Positions 38,690 through 53,334 are shown, counted from the first letter of the stretch. The stretch: 64,000 nucleotides of DNA from Octopus vulgaris (GCA_951406725.2 OX597814.1:185256001-185320000), one strand, 5' to 3'. Notes: generated by a model not told the origin, from the sequence alone. A program made the numbers and translations.

Positions 38690-39093
38690 AGCAAGAAACG
38701 TTAGCACGCCGGGCGAAATGCTTAGCAGTATTTCGTCTGCCGTTATGTTCTGAGTTCAAATTTCGCCGTGGTCGACTTTGCCTTTCATCCTTTCGGGGTC
38801 GATTAAATAAGTACCAGTTACGCACTGGGGTTGATATAATCGACTTAATCCGTTTGTCTATCCTTGTTTGTCCTCTCTGTGTTTAGCCCCTTGTGGGCAA
38901 TAAAGAAATAGGTATTTCGTCTGCCGCTACGTTCTGAGTTCAAATTCCGCCAAGGCCGACTTTGCCTTTCATCCTTTCGGGGTCGATAAATCAAGTACCA
39001 GTTATGCACTGGGGTTGATGTAATCGACTTAATCCGTTTGTCGGTCCTTGTTTGTCCCCTGTATGTTTAGCCCCTTGTGGGCAGTAAAGAAAT
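38690..39093 (+). mobile_element. SINE B dimer
   Basis: Second unit begins GGTATTTCG directly after AAAGAAATA at ~38911. Confidence 0.9.
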
Positions 39094-40114
39094 ATATTAT
39101 TGTGCCCTTGAATTACTGGTGGTATTCCTTGGAAACTAGAGATATTACTGGTGATATCATACGAAGAGAGTTTGTCGGTTCCGATGGAGTTCTATAACTA
39201 ATTCTAGTTACTGTTATAGCTTTCTGGTGTTCTACCATACTCGAGGTCTCCAGTTTATTTTACTGTTTTCTGATTATGTTAGGATACTGTTGTATGACTA
39301 ATTCAGGTCTTTAATATAAGGAGCTAGTATAAGGAATTGTAGATATTAGATATTAGACAAGTTCAGATATCGGATTATATGGTACTAGTAGTTCGACTGT
39401 GATAAGGTACAAGTTTAGATCTGTAGCGTTGATTTCTAGTATGCGACTTAGGTACGATGTGATTTCCTGAGTTACCATCTCACACAACTAATGAGTCTTA
39501 TTGCACCCAGTACACGCTACTTAGGTGCTGCTACACTTACTGAACTAATCTTCAATCTACCCAGCTATCTATAGAACTAATGCATTCATATGCATCTGCA
39601 TAGAAAATCCAAATATGTAACTTTTATGAGAACCGCACAATAGTTGCCATAGTTTTGGTGCTAATTTCACCTACTATCAGCAAATAATTTTATGTCTGCT
39701 CAGTCCGAAATAATTGATTCAGCCATCTAAATATACCCCCAACACAGCTTCATAGTGAATTAGTATTGTTTAACTCCTGGCCAGCCGATTGTAAATAACA
39801 ATAGTTATTTTGGGAGGATGTAGTTCTGAGGAAAGTTATGGAGTCTTAGGGCGAGATACAACAAGGATGACGACAGCTGTAGAGGAGAGAGAACTGAATG
39901 TACTTGCGGAAGTGATGTTACATAGTCACCAAGTTCAACAATATAGACGCTATTGTAACAACAGAAGAGACAGTGAGCTAGTTCATGAAGTGTATTGCTG
40001 TATAAATATTTTCCTGTTATGCAAATAGCTATTTCGAGAATACCATTCAACTGCGTCCAAATACGTTTCCTGCTTCTAAAGCGTAAACCCAGTCTTTGGG
40101 ACGTATTTCCTTCT

Positions 40115-40209
<95 letters not shown>

Positions 40210-40211
<2 letters not shown>

Positions 40212-40446
40212 ATAGAAATGGTAAGACAACAAAAGAATGAAAGAGACCTCGATATCATATAAATAGAGGAATTTATCTGTAAATGTAATATGTGACAATT
40301 ATTCGGTAGCCATGATAAAACTCCGAGCATTTTTTCCGATGGCCGGATAACTGAAGAGATGACGGCGTGGATTTCCACCCCGACATCCGAAACTCGGAAT
40401 TTTATCATAGCTACCGAATAATTCTCACATATTAGATTTACAGATA
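40210..40446. mobile_element. Fold-back mini-element within (TA)n containing a hammerhead
   Basis: 54-bp inverted arms 40274-40327 and 40393-40446 (4 mismatches). Confidence 0.8.
40346..40406 (+). ncRNA. Type-I hammerhead ribozyme motif
   Basis: GATAA-CTGAAGA-GATG.CGG.GTGG/CCAC.CCG.CATC-c-GAAA-CTCGGA(A/G)-TT-TTATC. Confidence 0.75.
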
Positions 40447-40555
40447 TATATATATATATATATATATTCTCCATATAAAATTAGTGTACATTTAAACACA
40501 AGAGTAGCGGCTTTTAACAGGCAACCTTACACACTAGAAGAAGCTGTCAAAACTG

Positions 40556-41145
40556 ATTAAAGGAGGGCTGCGAGGCAATCATCACTACAAACTCGGCCGA
40601 TAGACGGATCCGTTCCACACGTGACAGCAGCCGTTCGACATAACCCCACAAGACAGCAATGTCCGGACGAGTGCGTGCAGAACGGTTCCGTCACCCTGCG
40701 CGCACCTAGGACAAGCCCGTCTGAAAGCACATCCGTGCCTGTAGAGTTCATCTCAAATCAGTAGCTTCCTTCGGTAGCATTGCCAGTTCAAGAACATCTG
40801 GAAATTATCCATGATAGTTTCCGACCGGAAAACCTTCCGGAATAGACCAACCAATTCGTTCCCGTCAGCGCCCAGAGTCTCACCAAGAACATCGTCGCAC
40901 TCCCCTGCTACTAAACTTTTATGAATTTCTAAAACGAAACATCCACCAATCCCATTGCCCGACTGATAGAGGGTTGTGAGCGCCTGACATTCTTCATGCC
41001 AGGCGCCCAGTCTCGGTCTTTTTTTCACCCAGGACTGCAGTTCCGTCAAGGAGACGAGCTGCGAAAAGACATGCGTCACAAACGGAGCCCACATACGCTA
41101 ACCGTCCAGAAATCGGTGCAAGTGGCGTACCTAAGAGCATGTGTG
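40556..41145 (-). mobile_element. Tx1/L1-clade LINE ORF2 fragment
   Basis: DNFQMFLNWQCYRRKLLI*DELYRHG..ACPRCAQGDGTVLHAL zinc-knuckle region. Confidence 0.8.
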
Positions 41146-41162
41146 CGCATAATAACAATAAT

Positions 41163-41744
41163 ATTTTCTGCTATAGGCACAATGCCTGAAATTTGTGGGG
41201 AGGGGGCTAGTCGACTATATCGACCCCAGTGCTTAACTGGTACTTATTTTATCGACCCCGTAAGAAGACAAGGTAAAGTCAACCTCGGCAGCATTTGAAA
41301 ATCAGACCGTAAACACGGATGAAATATCTATTTCTTTCCTAACCACAAGGGGCTAAACACAGACAGGACAAACAAGGATAGACAAACGGATTAAGTTGAT
41401 TTTATCGACCCCAGTGCGTAACTGGTACTTATTTAATCGACCCCGAAAGGATGAAAGGCAAAGTCAACCTCGGCGGAATTTGAACTCAGAACACAGCGGC
41501 AGGCGAAATACTATTTCTTTACTACCCACAAGGGGCTAAACACAGAGAGAACAAACAAGGACAGACAAACGGATTGAGTCGATTATATCGACTCCAGTAC
41601 GTAACTGGTACTTATTTAATCGACCCCGAAAGGATGAAAGGCAAAGTCAACCTCGGCGGAATCTGAACTCAGAACGTAGCGGCAGACGAAATACCTCAAA
41701 GCATTTCGCCCGGCGTGCTAACGTTTCTGCCAGCTCGCCGCCTT
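41163..41744 (-). mobile_element. SINE B trimer
   Basis: Head-body-tail1, body-tail1, body-tail2. Confidence 0.9.
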
Positions 41745-42159
41745 TTAACCCACCAATAACAATGAGATAATTTTTAATACGTCCACCTGCCGATGTATTA
41801 TAACAAACAGTACCACCCTGTATTGATATGGAGATGCGTATAGATAACATTCTCACAGCCCCACCCCGATCAACAGAACCGTACCCTCCCATGGCCACCA
41901 CCACTACCACCACTCACTGTCACCACCATCACAAACACTAAATAAAAATCAGGTGCCTCCCAGCCCCATGTCAAGCTTGACTAGAAAATGTCCATAAAAG
42001 GTCACCTCCTTAAATCAACATGTCAGACATCTTATCTGACATGTTTTCAGGCCTGGAAATCAAAGAAGGGGTGGCGCTTTAGGGACTGATGAGTATAATA
42101 AGGAGGAGAAGGGATAAGAAAGAGAGAATGAAGAGATCAATAATAATAATGATAATAAT

Positions 42160-42367
42160 GATCCTTTCTACTGTGGGCACAAGGCCTGAAATTTGGAATT
42201 GGAGACAAGTCGATTACATCGATCCCCAGTGTATCACTGGTACTTAATTAATCGACCCCGAAAAGATGAAAGGCAAAGTCGAACTCGGCGACTAAGAACG
42301 TAAAGACGGACGAAATGCCGCTAAGCATTTTGCCCGGCGTGCTAACGACTCTGCCAGCTCACCGCCT
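42160..42367 (-). mobile_element. SINE B
   Basis: Head and core on the minus strand, tail abutting (AAT)n. Confidence 0.88.
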
Positions 42368-42396
42368 ATTAATAATAATAAAAATAATAATAATTA

Positions 42397-42540
42397 ATTC
42401 TTTTATTGGCCACAAGGGCTGACAAAAATTAACTATCACATAAAGGGACAAAACAGGACGAAAGGTTACAAGGGGTTTTGTCCGTTTGTAAAATCGAGTA
42501 AAAAACAGTTTAACAACGAAAGATTATAACAATGAAAATC
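42397..42540 (-). mobile_element. Tx1-like 3' UTR fragment in (TAA)n
   Basis: Minus ends TTTGTCCC..AGCCCTTGTGGCCAATAAAAGAA. Confidence 0.55.
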
Positions 42541-42571
<31 letters not shown>

Positions 42572-42971
42572 TAATAATGCATACCATGTTATCAGTGCAC
42601 TTGCTCCAAAAATACTTCTCTCCTCCTCCCCTTCATCATCATCATCTTCAGCAGCAGCATTATCATAAATCAAGAACATCTTTAATGCTTTTAATTACCG
42701 AGAGAACGCCATACGCTCGACATGCTGGAAATAGCAGTCAAATTTCTATCATATTGAAACCGTACAGTAACCAGAGACAAAACAAAACAAAAAAAGGAAA
42801 AGAAAAGAAAAACAAAGAAGGGAAAAGATACATACTGGATAGCATAAATAAGCATTGTCTGAAATAAAGACGGGTTGGTCGAAGCTGGAACGTATTTGAC
42901 CATCCAGAGTTCACGTGTGGGTTAAACAACAGTACTGTCGTGATGATGATGATGATGATGATGATGATGAC

Positions 42972-43022
<51 letters not shown>

Positions 43023-43027
43023 GATGT

Positions 43028-43059
<32 letters not shown>

Positions 43060-43603
43060 GTGATGAAGATGATGATGGAGAGGAGGAGGAGAAGGGGAGG
43101 GGAGGAAGAAGAAGAGGAGGGGAGGAGGAAGAAGAAGAGGAGGGGAGAAGGAAGAAGTGGATCATCATCATCGTCTCGCCGTCGTCGTCGTCGTTATCGT
43201 CATCTCTATCAAAACCCTCACTTATCTTAACATTCTCATCTCACTTCACCGCCATCATTATCGATATCCCCATCATCTTCATCATTATCAATAGTAATAC
43301 GTATGTATGTATGTATGTATGTGTGTTTTCTTTTGATTTTAGTTGTTTTGAAGTCTTCCTGCAAGGAAAGAGTTTGTTTATGACAAAGATACAAAGCTTC
43401 ATCGTTGGAATGTAGATAACAAAACCAATGTCACATTTTAAACTGGAAAAATAATTCTTACATTATATGTATGCATTTATATATATATACATATATATTT
43501 AAACTGGTCGTGTGCATACGTGCATATATATCTATGTATACGTTCGTATATATAAGTATTCGTATGTTATATATATATTTGTATTTATGTGCTATCTGAG
43601 TAT

Positions 43604-43662
43604 ATTCCACTGATGAAGGCAGAACATTTATTATGCAGAGTCAGAAAACCGGGATCTGGAAT
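43604..43662 (+). ncRNA. Degenerate hammerhead motif
   Basis: ATTCCA-CTGATGA..GAAA-ACCGGGATC-TGGAAT; 6-bp stem I, weak stems II and III. Confidence 0.5.
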
Positions 43663-43900
43663 TATCCAGTAATTTTTTTTTTTTTTGCTAGTTTATTTTG
43701 TCTCTTTGTCTTCTCTATTGATGCTGTATGAACATTTAATGTGATTTTAAAGTCAAGTTTTGGCTGTTATTTCCAGCGTGGTGGTATCTCTTAGAAACCC
43801 TAAATTATAGTTTTAATAATAACTATTACCTTTGAAAGTTTTTATTCCCATGCTGGCCACCTGAAAAGATCGGTATTTAAATAACGGTCTTATCCTTATT

Positions 43901-43961
<61 letters not shown>

Positions 43962-44864
43962 CGCGTACGTATGTCTATAAATGTGTGTTCATGTGTACGT
44001 GTGTATGTATATGATAATATATGTATGTTATATATGTGTTTGTGTACGCACACATACACACAGCCACTGCTCCTCTATACTTGAAAGAGTCTTGCAGTAA
44101 TGTTCTGGAGTGACGTAAATAAGTCTGTTTGTAGGTACCTAACGTGTAATAAAAGGATTGTGAGTCTTAGAACTTAATGCAACTACAAAACTTTCCATTT
44201 GCAAGTCTAGGTCGTCGTCTTTTAATTTAAGAGGTTCGGCTTCCTTGAGTAACTGATCCGTGTGCTGCCTTTGACTATGTTACGGTAAACATGTCGTTTT
44301 GTGTCCTTTGTAGATTGTTATATTTAGCTGTGGAAAAGATTGGAAGATCCTGAAGGGCTGACATATACCATAAGGAATTCGAATGTTGTTGCTTCTTTGC
44401 GCTGGTCAAATTCCATGCCTGTGATGGTGGCGGGGTCTTTGTAAAATGTTTTTATTTTGCAGTTGATATGTGATAAAGAGATGTAAAAATGATTAGAAGC
44501 TAGTCGGATGAGTCTGTAGGATATTTTTATTATGTTGCGGCAGTTAGATGTGCAGGAAGGTGTTCTTGCATGTAGCTTCGAGATATATTCGAGTATTTGC
44601 GAAATCGTTTAAGATAAGGGGTTTATTTATAGTATTTCGTCGCACCCTGTGTTATTTGTATTGCTTTTCTACCAGGATGTCTCACGTTCAAAGGAATCTC
44701 CTATCTCAGTTATGATAGATATAAAAGTGTCTTAAGACATTGTATTGAAGGATGTGTAAGCTAGAGAAGCAACTGGAAGTGGTTGAATTTGTGTATGTGT
44801 TTATTACGGTAATGTTTCGACTCGTTGGCTTTTATTTTCTAATAAATAGAATTCTCCTTGCATT

Positions 44865-45079
44865 ACTCTTTTACTCTTTTACTTGTTTCAGTCATTTGAC
44901 TGCGGCCATGCTGGAGCACCGCCTTTAGTCGAGCAACTCGACCCCGGGACTTATTCTTTTTGTAAGCCCAGTACTTATTCTATCGGTCTCTTTTTGCTGA
45001 ACCGCTAGGTGACGGGGACGTAAACACACCAGCATCGGTTGTCAAGCAATGCTAGGGAGACAAACACAGACACACAAAC

Positions 45080-45120
<41 letters not shown>

Positions 45121-45274
45121 ACAGGCTTCTTTTAGTTTCCGTCTACCAAATCCACTCACAAGGCATTGGTCGGCCTGGGGCTATAGCAGAAGACACTTGC
45201 CCAAGATGCCACGCAGTGGGACTGAACCCAGAACCATGTGGTTGGTTAGCAAGCTACTTACCACACAGCCACTA
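44865..45274 (-). mobile_element. SINE A
   Basis: Full family A structure. Confidence 0.92.
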
Positions 45275-45501
45275 TTCATACAAGCACAAATTTAAACTTT
45301 TAATTGATTGTTTATTTTGCTAGTGAGTTTTCACGGATCCAATTCACTACCGAGTATCATTTATCCTAAATATGTACCGGACGTGTGACTTTTTACATGT
45401 TATGAGGCTTCCCTCGCGGTTTGGCCTATGCAGCCTTATCGCAGTGCATTTTGGAATTTAAGGCGAGGTGTTGAGCCGTATTTTCTTTTCTTATATGCAT
45501 G

Positions 45502-45539
45502 AATTGCTCTTATTATTATGGTTGTTGCTGTTATTATGG

Positions 45540-45603
<64 letters not shown>

Positions 45604-45617
45604 CATTATTATTATTA

Positions 45618-45678
<61 letters not shown>

Positions 45679-45795
45679 CATCATCATCATCATTATCATC
45701 CTCATCATCATTACCAACATACTATTCTGTATGCTACTTCAAACGTCTATCCTACAGACACAGAAACTAACATACACGTGTATGTGAGTGTGTGT

Positions 45796-45862
<67 letters not shown>

Positions 45863-45935
45863 CAGATAGATAGATAGATAGATAAACCCATACATACCTG
45901 AATACATGCATACATATGTATGTATACATATGTGC

Positions 45936-45940
<5 letters not shown>
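45502..45940. repeat. Inverted duplication, copy 1 (partner 51207-51514)
   Basis: Unique spacer CCAACATACTATTCTGTATGCTACTT.AAACGTCTATCCTACAGACACAGAAACTAACATAC is shared in opposite orientation. Confidence 0.9.
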
Positions 45941-45966
<26 letters not shown>

Positions 45967-46007
45967 CGTGTGTGTGTATGTATGTATCTATAGGTACATA
46001 TACATAC

Positions 46008-46038
<31 letters not shown>

Positions 46039-46763
46039 CATGCATGTATGTATGTATGTATGTATGTATGTATGTATGCATGTAGGCATGCATGTATGTA
46101 TGTATGTATGTATGCATGCATGTATGTATGTATGTATGTATGTTTGGAGTATACACGCACTCAGATACAATGTGCATGGGTGCACGCACACGAGAGTAAA
46201 GTTGATCACATTCTACCAAGAAACAATAACACCATTGACAGCAGCAGCAACAACAACAACAGCAACAATAACAACCACAACCTCATCATCATTCGCAACA
46301 ACAACAACAACAACAGCGGAAGCAGCAGCAGCAGCAGCTAGAGCAGCATGTTATCTATAATGTTGAACAACCAATAAATTAATTAGATAGAACGACCCCA
46401 CCACCACCACCTTATCCATTCCTTGCCCACCCCACCCCCTCCCATCTCAGCTGCACATCCAGCGCCGTCTTTATGATCAGGAATTAACAATTAAACCCAA
46501 CCAACAACCCACCTATAATTAGTATTAATACTTCCCCCAACTCACGCACCCTCTCTCTCTCTCTCACTGTTACCTTGAAATCGATGATTTCTCAACTAAA
46601 TTTAATTAAATCTACAACTTTATTTCGACATTAAAATTTTTTTTATGTGTGTGGGCAAGGATGGAGGGAGAGAGAAGTGCATTAAATTCTTTTACATTAT
46701 TTTGTATTGTTTTGGAGTTCCTTAAGTAGTGGCTTCATTAAATCTTAACTAACACAGCCCTCA

Positions 46764-46801
<38 letters not shown>

Positions 46802-46927
46802 CCTTTTTAAATTTTACGTTAATTGTTCTAATACCTTGTTTGTTGTTATTGTTTGTAGAAAATCTATTTTTGATCAGAGATTAATATTAACGAATTTGTG
46901 GTAATAGGAGGGTGGTGATGTGTGTGT

Positions 46928-46965
<38 letters not shown>

Positions 46966-47033
46966 AATGTGCGTGTATATATGTGTGTATATATGTATCT
47001 ATCTATCTATATATATATATATACACACACACT

Positions 47034-47148
<115 letters not shown>

Positions 47149-47192
47149 ACATACATATATACATATACATATAAACATGTACATACATACAT

Positions 47193-47223
<31 letters not shown>

Positions 47224-47713
47224 CATGTGTGTGCGTGTGCGTGTTTCTTTTCTTATATCGCATAAAATAGTAAAATATACCGTAGAAGTCACGCATGCGT
47301 GCAAATAGCTCTTTTTCTCTTTCTTTTTGCTAGTTGTGTAAGGGAAGTTTCAGAAATGTTATTATAGTTGTCGTTTTTGTTGTTGCTGGTGATGATGATG
47401 ATGATGATAACGACGACGACGATGACGACAATGACAACGACGAGGATGGCGGTGAAGAGGATGTGATGATTGCGACGACGACGACGACGAGGATAATATT
47501 GCCTTGTCCTGGAACAACTCTGATCGAACTGATCAATAATCGAAAATGTTCCAGTCTTGACCATTCGTTTCTTTTTGTATAGCAGTGCTCTGAACCAGTT
47601 AAGCTAAACCGCCCACATGTATGCCAGATTAAAGAGATAAATGAATCAAGATGCATTATAACAATTGTGAACGCATGTTAGCGATATATATTTTACTGAA
47701 TATTTTAGAATTA

Positions 47714-48092
47714 GACGCAGGAGTGGCTGTGTGGTAAGTAGCTTGCTAACCAACCACATGGGTCCGGGTTCAGTCCCACTGCGTGGCATCTTGGGCAAGT
47801 GTCTTCTACTATAGCCCCGGGCCGACCAATGCCTTGTGAGTGGATTTGGTAGACGGAAACTGAAAGAAACCTGTCGTATATAGTGTGTTTGTGTGTCTGT
47901 GTTTGTCCCCCTAGCATTGCTTGACAACCGATGCTGGTGTGTTTACGTCCCCGTCACTTAGCGGTTCGGCAAAAGAGACCGATAGAATAAGTACTGGGGC
48001 TTACAAAGAATAAGTCCCGGGGTCGATTTGCTCGACTAAAGGCGGTGCTCCAGCATAGCCGCAGTCAAATGACTGAAACAAGTAAAAGAGTA
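47714..48092 (+). mobile_element. SINE A
   Basis: Full structure with a very short internal microsatellite. Confidence 0.92.
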
Positions 48093-48224
48093 ATTAAAAA
48101 TAATTATAAAATGTTCTTTTTAAATTTGATTAGTAGGTTCGGCTACATATAACTGAGAGCCAGATCCGGCAAGAGGGCCATTTATGTTTGACAATTCTGA
48201 AATAGGATTGTCGCATACAATTGA

Positions 48225-48643
48225 AATATTGGCACACGGCTAACAATTTCGAGGGAGGGGATAAGTCGATTACATCGACCCCCGGGGTTCAAGTGGTACG
48301 TATTTTATCGTACCTGGAAGGATGAAAGCTAAAGTCAACCTCGGCGGAATTTGAACTCAGAATGTAAAGACGGACGAAATAACGCTAAGCATTTTTGCCT
48401 GGCGTGCTAACGATTCTTATTTCTTTATTGCCCACAAGGGGTTAAACATAGAAGGGACAAACAAGGACAGACAAACGGATTAAGTCGATTACATCGACCC
48501 CAGTGCGTACTTAATTTATCGACCCCGAAAGGATGAAAGGCAAAGTCGACCTCGGTGGAATTTGAACTCAGAACGTAACGGCAGATGAAATACCGCTAAG
48601 CATTTTTGCCCGGCGTGCTAACGTTTCTGCCAGCTCGTCGCCT
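48225..48643 (-). mobile_element. SINE B dimer
   Basis: Two units joined at ~48415. Confidence 0.88.
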
Positions 48644-48861
48644 TGTACGGATGATAAATTAGTACCAGTTATACACTGGAACTGATTCAAATTATTCGGC
48701 GCTTACTTTAAATGTAGACAGGCTGATTCAAGGAAACCAATGATATTACTGGCCAAGAAGTGGTAAAGATCAAACGTCAGAGCTTTTGCTTTTCGACTCA
48801 AAAGCCAACCAGGCAAATATAAGCAAATGGAAAAATGGTCTATTTATAAAGCACTAAAGTA

Positions 48862-49415
48862 TTGGGTTGTTCGGAAAGTTCGTGCCGATTTATAGTAGCT
48901 TACATTTCGACTTGTTTTAGAACATGGTAGCGTCCATAAAATAGGATTTGACTGCACCTCCATTTAGAGCACAATTTAAGCTATCTTTTCGTGGAAGAAG
49001 ATTTATGTTCCTATAACCTGTGTCAATTCTGAAACCCTTTAAAATGGAAGATAAGAAAGTTCGTTTTCAGCACTTGATGCTTTGGGAACCAGACAAAAAT
49101 CACCGCAGCTCGGCAGGGATGTGTTACTCCAGCCTCCATATTCACCTTCGGATTTCCACTTATTCAGGTCTCTGCAGAATAGTCTTAATGGTAAAAATTT
49201 CAATTCCTTGGATGACGTACAAAGATACCTTGATAAATTCTCTGCCATGAAACCACCTCAATTCTGGGAAGAGGGTATTTTCGAGTTAAAGAAAAGATGG
49301 AGACGCATTGTGCAACAAAATGGTTCACATTTGGTTGATTAAAAATGTAACGGCATGTATTTATTGACTTTTTTCTTTCCTTTAAAAATTGGCACGAACT
49401 TTCCGGACAACCCAA
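48862..49415 (+). mobile_element. Internally deleted non-autonomous mariner with intact TIRs
   Basis: 30-bp TIRs TTGGGTTGT(T/C)CGGAAAGTTCGTGCC(G/A)ATTT, TA TSD; MEDKKVRFQHLMLWE joined to PPYSPSDFHLFRSLQNSL...RWRRIVQQNG. Confidence 0.95.
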
Positions 49416-50277
49416 TAGTTAACAGTTATTGTCTTTTTTGATGCTGCTGTTCTCCATTCTCAGGTCGGCACTGATTTAGCAACTTTTGATTAAGGACATT
49501 CCACCTGTGACAATCCAGTCTTACTTTTCTGGGATCTTTCTTGTATCTATGACAACATTAGCTAATGTGTCTTTCAAAAGTAGTTAGTTGTTAAATCATG
49601 TTGTCTGAGCTGACAAGTGACAGAATGGCCGAGGTGGCTTGTATATTAATTTATCTGGCCAAAAGTAATAGACTTCTATCACCACCACCACTACCACCAT
49701 AACAACTGAAGTCACTAATACCAGCCAACATTTCACAATTATTATTGCCATAACAGCCATCGTCTTGTCTTAATCACTTTAATAGACATCGATTGTAGAA
49801 TACAAACTTGATGACAGATTAAATTAGGGAACGGTTATGATTGCAATACTGTCGCCATTACCAGCACTATCATCTTCCACAATGCCACCACCGCCACCAC
49901 CACCATCACCACCATTACCTTCATTCATGCAACTAATACAACGACCATCATCACCCCCGTTGCTTTTACTACGGAAGCTGCAGCTGCCTGCCCTCCCACA
50001 ATGACAACAATACGTAAGAGAAACTGTTACTACCGCCTGTATTCTTCCTGTTCGTCTAACACAATTTATTTAGTAACACCTGTGCCGTGGCCACCACCCA
50101 GATCATTATTGCCAATACTATAACAACAATTATCGCTTTCACCAATACAATGATCCATCAAAGAAGCTATAGTCACTCAATCTTCTTAACATGCTAAGTA
50201 TGTTACCGTCCAAATATTTGCCCGGTCTTTTATTATTCAACTAGGTAGCCCCGTGCCGTCAAAAATGACGGCTAACT

Positions 50278-50683
50278 GGAGTGGCTGTGTGGTAAGTAGC
50301 TTGTTTACCAACCACATGGTTCCGAGTTCAGTCCCACTGCGTGGCACCTTCGGCAAGTGTCTTCTACTATAGCCTCGGGCCGACCAAAGCCTTGTGAGTG
50401 GATTTGGTAGACGGAAACTGAAAGAAGCCCGTCGTATATATGTATATATATGTGTGTGTGTATATGTTTGTGTGTCTGTGTTTGTCCCCACCCCAACATC
50501 GGTTGACAACAGATGCTAGTGTGTTTACGTCACCGTCACTTAGCGGTTCGGCAAAAGAGACCGATAGAATAAGTACTGGGCTTACAAAAGAATAAGTCCC
50601 GGGGTCGATTTGCTCGATTAAAGGCGGTGCTTCAGCATGGCCGCAGTCAAATGACTGAAACAAGCAAAAGAGTAAAGAGTAAA
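50278..50683 (+). mobile_element. SINE A
   Basis: Full family A structure. Confidence 0.92.
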
Positions 50684-50771
50684 TAAGGTACGAAACCAAG
50701 TTTTTAGTTTAATAATTCTTTTATTACCAAATTTATATATATTTAAATTTAAGATACTATATGATCTAGCC

Positions 50772-50957
50772 AAGGCGGCGAGTTAGAAGAATTGTTAGTA
50801 AGCCAGACAAAATACTTGGCGGGATTTCGTCCGACTTTACGTTCTGTGTACAAATTCCACCGAGGTTGACTTTGCGTTTCATACTTTTGGAATCGATATA
50901 ACCGACTTACGTCAGTCCCATGAAATCACTGGCCTTGTGGCAAAATTTGAAACCAAT
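50772..50957 (+). mobile_element. SINE B, diverged (GGCCTTGTGGCAAAATTTGAAACC tail)
   Basis: AAGGCGGCGAG head and partial core. Confidence 0.8.
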
Positions 50958-51206
50958 ACGTAATTGAATATATTCAAAGCAAAACTAGCGAATGCTGGCA
51001 GCTTTTTCTACGTATGATTCAGACAAAGAAACTGCTGGTAGTTACCAACATTGATTTCAGTTGACCAAATAAAATTGGTACTCGGCTTTATAGAATTGAA
51101 TACTGCTTCATTCGCTCTATCATCCTGTATATGTGTGTGTGTGGGTGTATATATATATATATATATATATACACCCACACACACATATATATATATATAC
51201 CTGCCC

Positions 51207-51262
51207 ATATATGCACATATGTATGCATACATATATATGCATGTATTCAGGTATGTATGGGT

Positions 51263-51345
<83 letters not shown>

Positions 51346-51514
51346 CACACACACTCACATACATGTGTATGTTAGTTTCTGTGTCTGTAGGATAGACGTT
51401 TTAAGTAGCATACAGAATAGTATGTTGGTAATGATGATGAGGATGATAATGATGATGATGATGATAATAATAATAAAAATAACAACAGCAACAACCATAA
51501 TAAAAGAGCAATTG
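51207..51514. repeat. Inverted duplication, copy 2
   Basis: Reverse complement of 45502-45940 with different microsatellite lengths. Confidence 0.9.
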
Positions 51515-52005
51515 GACATACATATATACATACATATATACATATAGCTAGATAGATAGGTAGATAGATACATACATACATTCATAGATATACACACATA
51601 TGTGTGTACATATGAATGCATGTATGTATGTGTTCGTACGCGTATGTGTATATACTTACATAAGTGCATGTATATGTGCCTACATACATACATACAGAAA
51701 TATATAAATATGTATGTGTGTATTCCTTTCCTATTGAAACACACGCAAATATTTTATTCGTATTTGGCAACTATCTATTTTCATAAAAAAATTAAAATTT
51801 CAAACTTCAAATTATAATGTTTTGTTCCGTTTAGAAAAAAAAAGCAATTTTACATAAAACAAATGTCAAAATATTTTTATAAGCAATAAAATAATTTTTT
51901 TCATTATTTCTAAACAAAATTTGCAATTTTTTTTTTTCCTGTAGTTCATTTATAAATACATGCATGATACCCATATATATATAAATATATATATGTATTA
52001 TATAT

Positions 52006-52037
<32 letters not shown>

Positions 52038-52826
52038 ATATATTTGAATATGCATGTATTTGTTTATTGTATTTCTATTTTCTTTCTAGCATTTCAAATT
52101 TGATTTCATCCATTTCAAAAATATCATTTCTACAGTGAGTGGCAAAAGAATACACAAGAAAAAACAAACATAATAGGATATCGTGTTTTTTATAAATGTC
52201 GAGATAAAGATGACTGCTCGAGAATTGAACAACATGTCGGCTTTCGTTTGTCTGCAGATCTTTTTTTGAGAGTGAAAATAAATCACGAGGAAATAAATTA
52301 TTTCTTACGTAGATACATGACCGAGTCTTTTATCACCTCGGTATATCCGAATAGATAGAAGTGAGTATTTGGCTAATTCTATAATTTATGGACTCCAGTA
52401 CGAACGAAGGTAAAATTTGATTTCGGGCTCAAAAGTCCAGCTAAGGTCAAAATTCAACTTTTAACTTGAGTTCAAAGCGTGCGATCTGAGCTCAGATTTT
52501 GACTTTCAATTAAATACAATCTGAGAAAGCGTTCAACGCGTGTGGTCTGTGCGAAATTCGTTAGAAAAAAAGATGAAAGAAAGGTGTGTGAGTAGTGAGT
52601 AGCAACGTGCTACAAACAAGGAAGTGGGAAGGAGAGAGTGAGAGACTGAGAGTGTGAAAGGAAAAGCAACATAGAGCGAGAGAAAGATAGTATAAGTAGT
52701 CACTACGTATACATACGCACGCACACACACACACACACACACATACACACACACATACGCACGCACACATATAGATAATTGGTGATTTTTTCCTCCTTCC
52801 TCGCTTTGGACTTGCCTGTTTTTCTT

Positions 52827-52860
52827 GTTTCCGAAGAAGAGCCATGCTCGACATGTAAAC
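52827..52860 (+). ncRNA. Degenerate minimal hammerhead-like motif
   Basis: GTTT-CCGAAGA-aGAGC.cat.GCTC-GAcATGT-AAAC; stems I and II intact, core altered. Confidence 0.4.
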
Positions 52861-53233
52861 CAACAACTCTTTTCCTTCTCCGAGCGTCAGATTAAGACAT
52901 GACTTGTGCTACGTCCTCTTTTTGTTTTTTGTTTTCTTTTTTTCTCTGTTTTTTTAATTAATGATATGTGTGTGTGTGTGTATATGCTTCGAAAACGCGG
53001 AGTGGATGAAACAGGGACAACTGAAGAAGAGGTATATTCTCTATGGTGCATGTCTCGTTTCTGTTTTATTCGTTGTTCCCCCAAAAAGTTAGTTTCTATG
53101 TTTTTGCTTTTATGTTTTCGTTTCTCATTGTGTTCAACGTTTTTTTGATGTCCTGTACCCATATATGCATGTATATATACATATATATGTAGATATGTAC
53201 ATATATGTATTTATATATACAGCTATTTATATT

Positions 53234-53286
<53 letters not shown>

Positions 53287-53334
53287 CGTGTGTATGCATA
53301 TATATGCTCGAAATGGGGAGTAGATACATATATT

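Noticed and set aside
46370-46910. TAAT-rich unique stretch as a homeodomain enhancer
   Set aside because: Such motifs are expected by chance in AT-rich DNA; no conservation data available.
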